Source: an uncultured Deferribacteres bacterium
Lineage (GTDB): Bacteria > Zhuqueibacterota > Zhuqueibacteria > Zhuqueibacterales > Geothermadaptataceae
NCBI GenBank assembly: GCA_964014485.1
Contig: CAXHAT010000096.1
Coordinates: forward strand, 1-27,717
DNA: 27,717 nt
Direction: 5' to 3'
Shown: positions 8,802 to 16,734 of the stretch, one piece after another
Numbering within the stretch: the stretch's first letter is position 1
Layout of the letters: each line of letters begins with the position of its first letter
Notes under the pieces: model-generated
Databases searched by the model: none
Seen by the model: the letters and a program-made list of their open reading frames with translations, nothing else
Told to the model about the DNA's origin: nothing
Made by a program: the position numbers and the translations under genes

Positions 8802-9891
8802 TTCGACTCTCTTCTTCCTTCTCAAAATTCGTTTCGTTTTTTGTCATTTTCCAAAGAGCTACCATTTCAACCACGCCGCTGTAATTCTTGATTCCTTCGG
8901 CGATACGATTCGCTTTTAAATACTGATCATAAGCTTGGGACGAAAATTCCGACATGACGCCGACATGCTGCGACCAATGTTCATATGACGCAATTAAATC
9001 GTTCCGAACATCATCTGATATCGACTTTTGCAGCTCACCGTAGTCGCTGAACGCTAAACGTGCTCTTCCGAGAAACTTTTGCAAGACGTAGAATTTTGCG
9101 CTGTACAATACTTGCTCATCGTCAGATTTCATGCAAGCAAGGTAACCCAAGAAACTCGCTTCCGCTTCATTCGCGATTCCCATTTGATGCGCTTTTTCAT
9201 GTGCTAGCGTTGAAGCGTATTCAAAAGGCAGCAAATCGTCATTGATGTGAATCTCATGCAAGAACGGGCTGAAAAATCCGCTCGTCAAAAATTTGGTTAA
9301 AAAGAAATTAAAAACCAGGCTTTTCGGGGGGCGTTTTCCCGGCGGCAGCTCAATGGGCAGCTCTTTATTCAGCGCATCGTAACCATGCTCAAGTTCTCGA
9401 TGAATTTTCGTCTTATCAAAATCATTAAAAAGTGAATGCGCGGCGTTGGCTTCCGCTATCACTTGTTCAACAATTTCTCGAAAAGCAGCGCTGTCAATAT
9501 TCACCGATTTCAGCCCAAGGTTTTGGACAAGCGGTTGGCGAGAATAGTTGAACCCCCACGTAAAATAAAACCAGGCGATGAGGAGCGAAGCAGCGCTTCC
9601 CACATAAAAAAGCCAACGCCTGAATCGCAGTCTTCCTTGAAACACACGGACCAGTGAAACAACAGCGGCGACAACTAGGGCCGCCAAAATGACTTCGGTT
9701 AATGAAAACGGCAGCCAGGAAAAAAGGAAGGTTAAAATTGAGGTGATCGTTGGGTAAATAGAGCGCGAATAAGCCTGTTCCGCAAGCGAGGGATTCGCTG
9801 AAAAAACGAAACTAATCGTTACGGCAACGCCGCCAAGAACGAACGCCCAGGCGTGCGATAATAATTTTACATTTTTTTTAAAAGCGCGCAT
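8785..9891 (-). CDS. DUF3810-like membrane protein, putative zinc metallopeptidase
   Basis: YSRSIYP, LPFSLTE, WGFNYSR, GFFSPFLHE, HEKAH (HExxH) followed by EAEASF. Confidence 0.8.
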   Translation of the reverse strand: MRAFKKNVKLLSHAWAFVLGGVAVTISFVFSANPSLAEQAYSRSIYPTITSILTFLFSWLPFSLTEVILAALVVAAVVSLVRVFQGRLRFRRWLFYVGSAASLLIAWFYFTWGFNYSRQPLVQNLGLKSVNIDSAAFREIVEQVIAEANAAHSLFNDFDKTKIHRELEHGYDALNKELPIELPPGKRPPKSLVFNFFLTKFLTSGFFSPFLHEIHINDDLLPFEYASTLAHEKAHQMGIANEAEASFLGYLACMKSDDEQVLYSAKFYVLQKFLGRARLAFSDYGELQKSISDDVRNDLIASYEHWSQHVGVMSEFSSQAYDQYLKANRIAEGIKNYSGVVEMVALWKMTKNETNFEKEEESRNERRE

Positions 9892-9898
9892 TTTTCTC

Positions 9899-9927
9899 TT
9901 GACAGGTGTCTATTGAGACACTATCTT
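9899..9927 (+). promoter_or_regulatory. Sigma-70 promoter with the palindromic operator GTGTCT-N4-AGACAC (9906-9921) in its spacer
   Basis: TTGACA (9899-9904), 17 nt, TATCTT (9922-9927). A perfect 6-bp inverted repeat fills the spacer. Confidence 0.7.
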
Positions 9928-9973
9928 TTTTGCAAGATGGTGAACGAAAGGCCAAGTAAAAAGAGGAGGTTTT

Positions 9974-10237
9974 ATGGAATTCAATGAGAAGGTTCATGTA
10001 TTTGCGCGCTCAATGCGAGGTCGAATCGAACCGCTGCAGTTTATGTTTAAAAACCAGCGTTTTCAGGTTCGCGAAATCGTTGAAGCCCGGCGGGAATCTG
10101 AATCGCGAAGGACTTTTTTTCATTTTACAGTCAATCTGTTGCCTTACGGCGTATGCAAGCTGTTTTTTGAACTTCACTCCGGAGAATGGTTTTTACTTCA
10201 TGGAGAACTTCCTAAACTTCACGATCACATTAGCTGA
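9974..10237 (+). CDS. Small hypothetical protein, DUF6504-like beta-rich domain
   Basis: Strong AGAGGAGG RBS and upstream promoter. The pattern P-xx-F-x-F-xxx-R-F-x-V-xx-I...HF-x-V...L-x-F...W-x-L resembles DUF6504-type proteins (recalled, not searched). Confidence 0.65.
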   Translation: MEFNEKVHVFARSMRGRIEPLQFMFKNQRFQVREIVEARRESESRRTFFHFTVNLLPYGVCKLFFELHSGEWFLLHGELPKLHDHIS

Positions 10238-10510
10238 TCTGGTCGTTGTCCTTTTTCTGTCCGCCAAAACTTACTTGCCGTCCGCATCTTTTTCACGCCG
10301 CTTTACTTGCATCTCGCATTCCAGGATGGAACGCATCCGGAGCCGCCAACCGATACGGCGGCAATATAGGATCTGGTAATGTTAATCTACCCTCTGCACA
10401 TCGTCTGAATCGACCGGGAACAGGCGTTCGTTTGTTTCCGGTTCGGTTCGGAGCAGAGTCGGTCAAAAAACAATAGCTCTCCGCATTCAGCCGATTACGC
10501 CCGCCGATAT

Positions 10511-11017
10511 TTATCGCCAGCTTTCGGACTTTCCTCGGGGAACGAAATAAAACAACAAAGTGTCTCCTTTTTCACGGATCGCTATCCGATGACGTTGAGC
10601 ATATGCCAGACGCTTGTTTCGCGAGCCCGATTTAAACACGCCCTCGGTTTTGTTGGCGATGTTATCCTTAAATTTGTCGAAACCGCTTTTGGCATTCCCA
10701 GGCTGCAACAACGGGTATTTTCTCATGACATTGTCGGGATCATCAATTCTCCCGTCCGTATTTTGGATGTCAACAATCCAGCGCTGCAGCGGGCGATAAG
10801 CTTCATTCAAATACCCGGCGTGGATAATGATTTCAACCCCGCGCTTCGCTTCTTCCATTTTTCGCAAAATTGCTTCTTCAAATTTCAATCCGGGGCGATA
10901 TTCCAAAGACTGATCGATGCTGTAGCCGTAGTTGTTATTGTATCTTGGCGATGCACAATTGCTTATGAAAATCATGGCGATTAATAAAAACGCAGCCAAG
11001 CTAAAGCGCAGGTGCAT
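10511..11017 (-). CDS. Hypothetical lipoprotein
   Basis: MHLRFSLAAFLLIAMIFISN-C gives a signal peptide II-like lipobox. Alternative start at ATG 11074. No family recognised. Confidence 0.6.
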   Translation of the reverse strand: MHLRFSLAAFLLIAMIFISNCASPRYNNNYGYSIDQSLEYRPGLKFEEAILRKMEEAKRGVEIIIHAGYLNEAYRPLQRWIVDIQNTDGRIDDPDNVMRKYPLLQPGNAKSGFDKFKDNIANKTEGVFKSGSRNKRLAYAQRHRIAIREKGDTLLFYFVPRGKSESWR

Positions 11018-11124
11018 TGAAACGCTTTTTGAGCGGCCAAAAAGTTGGAATTTACTGGCGTTTGTCAATTGCATTTTCCATTTACCCTCTTTGCGGTACA
11101 TCAATTTCTTTAAGAGAATAGTCT

Positions 11125-11325
11125 CTCTACCTGACACTTTTTTGTAAACTGCATTTTCGAACCGTCGAAAGGCCTCGTTTTGTCATTCTGCAAGAATCTT
11201 TGTTATCGCCCAGTACAGATCATGCCCAAAAGTTCAAGGGGCGGATCAAAAAAGATGCTTCCAGCATGACAATTCCGGCCTTTTTTGCCAGTTATAGAAA
11301 CCTATACAAAAAGTGTCAGGTAGTG
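11125..11325. mobile_element. Non-autonomous MITE-like element with terminal inverted repeats and flanking direct repeats
   Basis: Left end CTCTACCTGACACTTTTTTGTA; right end on the reverse strand CACTACCTGACACTTTTTGTA. AAGAGAATAGT occurs at 11112-11122 and 11326-11336. Confidence 0.75.
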
Positions 11326-11382
11326 AAGAGAATAGTACATCTCCCCTAAAAAGGAAAGAGAATTTCACAAGCGAGGAGCCCA

Positions 11383-11832
11383 ATGAAGCCGCGCACTCGA
11401 ATGCACACCGCCGAACACATTTTGTCAGCTGTCATGCGGATCGACTATGGCGCACCACGAAATCTGGAGCTGCATCTCGGCGACAAAAAGACAAAGTGCG
11501 ACTATGAGCCGTCCAGATCAGTCAATCCTGAAGATATTGCGGCGATTTCAGACAAGGTGAACAAAGAAATTCAGAAAAACCATCCAGTGAGTCATTTTGT
11601 TATTCCGCGCACGGAAGCCGTGGAATACGATTTGTGGAAAGCGCCGGAAGATGCCCGAGAAATTCGCATCGTCAAAATAGGCGATCTCGACGCGCAGCCT
11701 TGCTCTGGAGAACATGTTGCTCGCACCCAGGAAATCGGCAGTTTCAGAATCACGAGCCATGAATGGCGCGAAAACGGGCGCCTGCGCATCCGGTTTAAGG
11801 TCGGCAACGTTCAAAATCAACTCCAAAAGTGA
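11383..11832 (+). CDS. Stand-alone AlaX-type tRNA-editing deacylase (AlaRS/ThrRS SAD domain)
   Basis: RMHTAEHIL (HxxxH) and IRIVKIGDLDAQPCSGEHV (CxxxH) zinc ligands. 149 aa. GAGGAG RBS. Confidence 0.88.
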   Translation: MKPRTRMHTAEHILSAVMRIDYGAPRNLELHLGDKKTKCDYEPSRSVNPEDIAAISDKVNKEIQKNHPVSHFVIPRTEAVEYDLWKAPEDAREIRIVKIGDLDAQPCSGEHVARTQEIGSFRITSHEWRENGRLRIRFKVGNVQNQLQK

Positions 11833-11927
11833 TTTGTAGTCTGACTTCTTCGCAAACGTCGTGAACCCAAGCCATCTGCTCATCCCTGCTTTCTTGTTAT
11901 TTTAAAAACACTTGCCGGACAAGTCAC

Positions 11928-12818
11928 ATGGAAACGAAAACACCCACAAAAGACAAAGCGCTCCTTCTTTCGGACGGACGAATGCTGAGCTACAGAGAGC
12001 TGGGCGACCCCGACGGAAAACCACTCTTCTTTTTTCACGGCACGCCAGGTTCTCGATTAGTATTATCTGAAAATGACCGCATCGCCCAAATCCCCGGACT
12101 ACGCCTCATTCTGCCGGAACGTCCGGGGTATGGCTTTTCCACCCCGAAGCCGGGCAGAACTTTGCTTGACTGGCCAAGAGACGTCGCGCAATTAGCGGAG
12201 CATCTTGGATTTGAACGTTTTGCAGTGGCAGGCGAATCCGGCGGCGGGCCGCACACGCTGGCATGTGCGTTCGCGCTAAAGAATCAAATCGAAGCCGCCT
12301 TTGTTTTAAGTTCGCCGGCTCCCGCGGATTTTCCAGGCGCGACGGAAGGCATGTCTTTAGGAAATCGGCTCGGGATTTGGCTCAACCGAATCGCGCCTCC
12401 GCTTCTCAAATTGGCCTTGATGGGCAATGTCGCAACGTTCAGGAAAACGCCGAATCGGTTCATAAGCGCCATTGCCAGGCATATGTGCGAAGCGGATCAA
12501 AAGTATTTTGAAGACCCGGTTTTCCGCCAGGCGGTTCTGGACGATTTTCGCGAAGCTTATCGGCAAGGTGAAGAAGGGCAGTTTAGCGACGGACGCATCG
12601 CGATGACCAGTCGATCTTGGGGATTCCCTTTGGAAGAAATCGCTCCGTCGGTTTTCCTGTGGTACGGCAAAAAGGATACGCTCGTGTCGATGAATATGGC
12701 CAAGCGCCTGGCCCAAAAAATTCCAAATTGCAAAGTACGGTATATAGCAGACTGCGGTCACATCTTAAGCGAACGTCCGGAAGTCATCGACGATATTCGT
12801 GGAATTTTGAATTTGTAA
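11928..12818 (+). CDS. Alpha/beta hydrolase
   Basis: DGRMLSYRELGDPDG, FHGTPGSR, RPGYGFS, GESGGGP nucleophile, WYGKKDTLV, CGH. Confidence 0.92.
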   Translation: METKTPTKDKALLLSDGRMLSYRELGDPDGKPLFFFHGTPGSRLVLSENDRIAQIPGLRLILPERPGYGFSTPKPGRTLLDWPRDVAQLAEHLGFERFAVAGESGGGPHTLACAFALKNQIEAAFVLSSPAPADFPGATEGMSLGNRLGIWLNRIAPPLLKLALMGNVATFRKTPNRFISAIARHMCEADQKYFEDPVFRQAVLDDFREAYRQGEEGQFSDGRIAMTSRSWGFPLEEIAPSVFLWYGKKDTLVSMNMAKRLAQKIPNCKVRYIADCGHILSERPEVIDDIRGILNL

Positions 12819-12915
12819 CTGGTGTTATGCGCGATCAAAGCTCGCGGGCCACTTTTGATTCTCATAAACTCCGCTCTTCAGAGCAGAGGTTTTTGAAGAC
12901 GGCCGTCCTTTTTCT

Positions 12916-12937
12916 TCCGCCGCGCTGGCGCGGCGGA
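12916..12937. terminator. GC-rich hairpin between convergent genes, possible terminator or repeat unit
   Basis: TCCGCCGCGC-TG-GCGCGGCGGA perfect 10-bp arms. No clear U tract on either strand. Confidence 0.4.
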
Positions 12938-12963
12938 GAGATGAAAATGGGCATTTTGCACAT

Positions 12964-12988
12964 CACCGGACTGAAGCCCGGCGCTAAT
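12964..12988 (-). repeat. REP-like palindrome, ATTAGC family
   Basis: Minus strand ATTAGCGCCGGGCTTCAGTCCGGTG, similar to the copies at 25419-25496. Confidence 0.6.
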
Positions 12989-13003
12989 GAGACGATGTTG
13001 TGG

Positions 13004-13127
13004 CTCGTTCCCAAACTCCGGTTTGGGAATGCAAATGGGCGAGAAACTCCGGTTTCGAGCTGATGAATTCACTCGAAACTGGAGTTTCGAATGCAACTGC
13101 GTTCCCAATCTTTGGATCGGGAACGAG
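13004..13127. repeat. Composite four-hairpin palindromic repeat (REPIN/BIME-like)
   Basis: Terminal CTCGTTCCC/GGGAACGAG. Internal units TTCCCAAAC-TCCG-GTTTGGGAA, GAAACTCCGGTTTCG and its inverse CGAAACTGGAGTTTC. Confidence 0.8.
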
Positions 13128-13183
13128 AATTCCGGGCGTCTCGCAAATGCCTCTCGGCGCAATGACGTTGATAAACGCCTTCT

Positions 13184-14626
13184 TTATCGTGCAATGGCTT
13201 CGGCTTCCATTTCAACCAAGTACTCGTCGCCGATAACCTGAGCGCCGACGAGGGTGTTTACTGGCTGAATGTGTCCAAACCGTTCGCCGTGCGCGCGCGA
13301 AATCGGTTCCCACAACGAAGGATCATCCAGAAAAATGCGCGTGCGCACCACGTCTTCCAACCGCCCGCCCAGCGACTGAATTGCGCCTTCAATCTTGTCG
13401 ATGATAAAATGCATTTGCGCCGCCGGATCGTTTCCTCCGATAGGACGGCTCCCGTGTGTGGCCGTGGTGCCGGAAACCAAAATTCTTTCGCCTTGCCGAA
13501 CTGCGCGGCTAAAACCGGCAATCTCCTCCCACGGCGTGCCGGTCAAGACCATGCTCCCGCCTTGTTCTCGCGGCTGTGCTTCGTAAGGCGGCGGCAGGTG
13601 ATCAAGATGGTGGCTTAAATCCCCGGAAGCGGTGAGAAACGGCGGCTTGCGATATTCGTCGCCGCAATCGCCCGGAACGGGCTGCAATTTTCCTAACGCC
13701 GCCTCAAGTTCATCGCGGCTTTCATCATCCAAGGTAAATTCAAACAAGCGGAGATTGTCTTGAATGTGCTCGCTTTTGCCAAGGCGCGCGCCGATAATGA
13801 CGCCCCCGACGGCGGGCTGATCGAGAATATAACGCGCGGCAACGTTCGCCATGGAAACGTCGAGTTTTTGAGCGGCGCTATGAACCGTCGCCAACACTTC
13901 CTGAAAAGCGCCCCAACCGCCTGCGGCGTCAATAAATCTTTTGTACTTCATCAGCGACCAGTTGGGCAATTTATCGGTATCCGGCTCCGGCGCGCCAAGC
14001 CAGCGCTCAGTCAAAAAACCGCCGGCGATGGCGCCGTAGACCAAGAGCTTGACGCCGTGTTCCTCACACAGTTCAATCATCCCGTTCTTTGGCCGTTGAT
14101 CAATGAGCGAAAAGCAGACCTGATTCGAAACGATTTCAATGCCGCTCGTCAAGGCGATTCGCAAGTGCGCGGCGTCCACGTTGGTCAAGCCTAAATGTCG
14201 AATCAAACCCTCGCTTTTCAATTCTTGCAACCAAAACAGACAATCAAGCCAGCTCGGGTCGGCGTAGTTCCAGGCATGAAACTGCAGCAGGTCGATGCGG
14301 TCGGTTTGCAGGCGATTTAAAGAACGTTCAACAGCCTCGCGAACGTCATTTTTCGTGACGCGGCCGGGCTTGGGAACCCACTTGGTTAACAATTGAACGG
14401 GAGCTTCTGGCCGAATCTGCATTTGAAAATATCCCGCGATTTCCTCCGCCGAGCCGTAATGATCCGCCATGTCGAAAGTCGATAAACCAGCTTCGGCATA
14501 AGGCGCCAAAAGTTCGGCGGCGGCGCTTGTGTCAAGTTTCCCGCCACGTTCAATATCGGCGATTTGCCAAAGCCCAGTAAGAACACGACTGATTTTGAGA
14601 TCGGGAGATAGTTCGCAGTATTCCAT
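13184..14626 (-). CDS. Aldo/keto reductase fused to a C-terminal Rid (YjgF/YER057c/UK114) domain
   Basis: AKR motifs FDMADHYG, LLTKW, IDLLQFHAW, GLTN, SNQV, GDCGDEYR. C-terminal WEEIAGFSRAVRQGERILVSGTT...VVRTRIF...LVEMEAEA. Confidence 0.9.
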   Translation of the reverse strand: MEYCELSPDLKISRVLTGLWQIADIERGGKLDTSAAAELLAPYAEAGLSTFDMADHYGSAEEIAGYFQMQIRPEAPVQLLTKWVPKPGRVTKNDVREAVERSLNRLQTDRIDLLQFHAWNYADPSWLDCLFWLQELKSEGLIRHLGLTNVDAAHLRIALTSGIEIVSNQVCFSLIDQRPKNGMIELCEEHGVKLLVYGAIAGGFLTERWLGAPEPDTDKLPNWSLMKYKRFIDAAGGWGAFQEVLATVHSAAQKLDVSMANVAARYILDQPAVGGVIIGARLGKSEHIQDNLRLFEFTLDDESRDELEAALGKLQPVPGDCGDEYRKPPFLTASGDLSHHLDHLPPPYEAQPREQGGSMVLTGTPWEEIAGFSRAVRQGERILVSGTTATHGSRPIGGNDPAAQMHFIIDKIEGAIQSLGGRLEDVVRTRIFLDDPSLWEPISRAHGERFGHIQPVNTLVGAQVIGDEYLVEMEAEAIAR

Positions 14627-15342
14627 TAGATCGCTCTTTTTAAAATAAGGGTGGAGTAGGTTCGAAAAAGGCTGTTTTTGCTTAACTCACGCTCAATCTC
14701 CCAGCCGCTTTCTGTAATCAACTGGTCGATTTTTGCAAGCGGCATGTCAGAATTCACGATGGTGATAACGCGCCCGTTCTGGGATAAAAAGCGGTGCGCA
14801 TGATTAAAAAAAACTTGTAAAAGCTCCAATCGCGCCGCCGCGACTTGTTCGATTCCATATTTTTGAGCAGCGTCTTTTTTCGGTAAAAACGGCGGGTTGA
14901 ACAAAATATAATCAAAGGCCGATTCCGTGGAAATTCTCTCAAACAAATCGCTTTCAATACAAGAAATTTTCGCCCCTAGATGGTGACGCTCCGCATTCAT
15001 TCGCGTAAGCTGAACGGCTAACGAATTGTTATCGACCGCGATGACTTTTGCGCCTTTTTTCGCGGCTATTAAGCCCAAAACGCCGACGCCCGCGCCCATG
15101 TCTAAAACATTGGCGTCGGTGAAGTTTTTTTTGCTTAAATACGCCGCCAAAATTCGGCTGCTCGAAGAAAATCCGGGGTGATGCACGTCCATCGCTGTGT
15201 GGAGCCGCAATTCCGCAACCTTTGTGTCGCGGTTCATTTTCCGGAGATATGAAACGAAGAACAGAATTGAGAATTCAAGCGGAGTGCGAAGGATTTTGGC
15301 GAGGCGCATCCAAAGCGACGGGTTTTGAGCTCGTTGAATCAC
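14626..15342 (-). CDS. Class I SAM-dependent methyltransferase (HemK/MTS-like)
   Basis: VLDMGAGVG motif I, SDLFE, FDYILFNPPF. Confidence 0.85.
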   Translation of the reverse strand: MIQRAQNPSLWMRLAKILRTPLEFSILFFVSYLRKMNRDTKVAELRLHTAMDVHHPGFSSSSRILAAYLSKKNFTDANVLDMGAGVGVLGLIAAKKGAKVIAVDNNSLAVQLTRMNAERHHLGAKISCIESDLFERISTESAFDYILFNPPFLPKKDAAQKYGIEQVAAARLELLQVFFNHAHRFLSQNGRVITIVNSDMPLAKIDQLITESGWEIERELSKNSLFRTYSTLILKRAI

Positions 15343-15345
15343 GCC

Positions 15346-16734
15346 TCAATTTCGTTTTGGCGTGAGGTTGTAAAGATTGATTTTTTTGTGCAGGTTCGTC
15401 CGATCAACGCCGAGAGATTTTGCCGCCTGACTGACGTTCCAGTTCTTTTGCTCCAAAACAGTTTCGATATATTCTCGCTCAATCTGTTCCTTCAAATCCT
15501 TCAGCGTTAAATTTTCTGAAAAGCGGGCCTGAAGAGCCTGGCGCGGGGCCGCGAATTGCGGCGGCAAGTCTTCCGCCTCCACTTGTGCGCCCGTCGCCAT
15601 AATGACCAAACGTTCGACGATATTTTGCAGCTCGCGAATATTCCCCGGCCATGAATAATTCTCCAGCGCCTTCATCGCTTCTTGCGAGATAGCGATCTGC
15701 CGCAAACCGTTTTCCGAGCAATACCTTTGTGTAAAATGCTTTGCCAGCAAGGCGACGTCGCCGGTGCGTTCGCGCAACGCCGGGGAAACAATCGGGATCA
15801 CATTCAATCGAAAAAACAAATCTTCGCGAAAACTGCCCGCCGCGACTTCTTTTTCCAAATCCTTGTTCGTGGCGGCAAGTACGCGCACGTCCACTTTTTC
15901 CGTTGTCGTTCCGCCGACTTTTTCGAACTCGCCTTCCTGCAGCGCTCGCAAAACCTTGGCCTGCACTTTCAGGCTCATGTCGCCGACTTCATCCAAAAAA
16001 AGCGTGCCTTTGTCCGCCAGGCTGAACTTACCGCTGCGGGTTTCCGTCGCCCCGGTAAACGCGCCCTTCACGTTGCCGAACAATTCGCTCTCAATCAATT
16101 CTTCCGGAATCGCCGCACAATTGACTTTGATAAACGGCCCGTCTGCGCGCTTGCTGTTCTCGTGAATCGCACGCGCAACAAGTTCTTTGCCCGTTCCGCT
16201 TTCGCCGAGAATCAAAACGCGTCCGTCCGTTGGCGCCACCCGCCGAATTTGCTCGATGACTTTTTTGATCGCCTCGCTCTCGCCGATCATTTTGTGGCGC
16301 ATCTCGACGACTTGCCGCAGTCGCAGGTTCTCCCGCTCCAACGCGCTTTTTTTGAGCGCATTTTTTATGCTGACCAACAATTTGTCCTTGTCCGGCGGTT
16401 TTTCAATAAAATCAAACGCGCCGCGCCGGGTGGCCGTGATCGCATTTTCGACCGTGCCATGGCCGGAGATAATGATGACCTCAACATCGCTGCGCATTTC
16501 TTTCAATTCCGGCAGCAATGTCAACCCGTCCTTGCCGGGGAGATTAATGTCGAGCAAAATCAGATCGACGGGGTTCTGCTGCAAACAGCGAATTGCACCG
16601 GCGTCGTCAGCGGCCGTGTGAACGTCGTAACCTTCGCCGGTACAGATTATTTCCAACGAGCGGCGGATGTTTTTTTCATCATCGACGATGAGGATTGAGG
16701 CGTGATGCATCTCAATAAAAGAAAGCGGTTTCAT
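15346..16734 (-). CDS. Sigma-54-dependent response regulator (NtrC/NtrX-like: REC, AAA+, Fis-HTH)
   Basis: ILIVDDE, LLDINLP, GESGTGKE, GAFTGA, LFLDEV, WPGNIREL, C-terminal HTH. Confidence 0.95.
   Translation of the reverse strand: MKPLSFIEMHHASILIVDDEKNIRRSLEIICTGEGYDVHTAADDAGAIRCLQQNPVDLILLDINLPGKDGLTLLPELKEMRSDVEVIIISGHGTVENAITATRRGAFDFIEKPPDKDKLLVSIKNALKKSALERENLRLRQVVEMRHKMIGESEAIKKVIEQIRRVAPTDGRVLILGESGTGKELVARAIHENSKRADGPFIKVNCAAIPEELIESELFGNVKGAFTGATETRSGKFSLADKGTLFLDEVGDMSLKVQAKVLRALQEGEFEKVGGTTTEKVDVRVLAATNKDLEKEVAAGSFREDLFFRLNVIPIVSPALRERTGDVALLAKHFTQRYCSENGLRQIAISQEAMKALENYSWPGNIRELQNIVERLVIMATGAQVEAEDLPPQFAAPRQALQARFSENLTLKDLKEQIEREYIETVLEQKNWNVSQAAKSLGVDRTNLHKKINLYNLTPKRN

Noticed and set aside
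11075..11137. N-terminal extension of the lipoprotein ORF to the GTG at 11137
   Set aside because: That codon lies inside the MITE terminal repeat. Downstream ATGs give a proper signal peptide.
13004..13127. Possible mini CRISPR array (GTTTC/GAAAC-ended palindromes)
   Set aside because: The units are inverted rather than direct repeats, there are no regular unique spacers, and no cas genes are present.
12878..13241. Short ORFs across the convergent intergenic region
   Set aside because: They are translations of palindromic repeat DNA.
15682..16698. 338-aa plus-strand ORF
   Set aside because: Lies antisense to the well-supported sigma-54 regulator and has no recognisable motifs; a typical shadow ORF.
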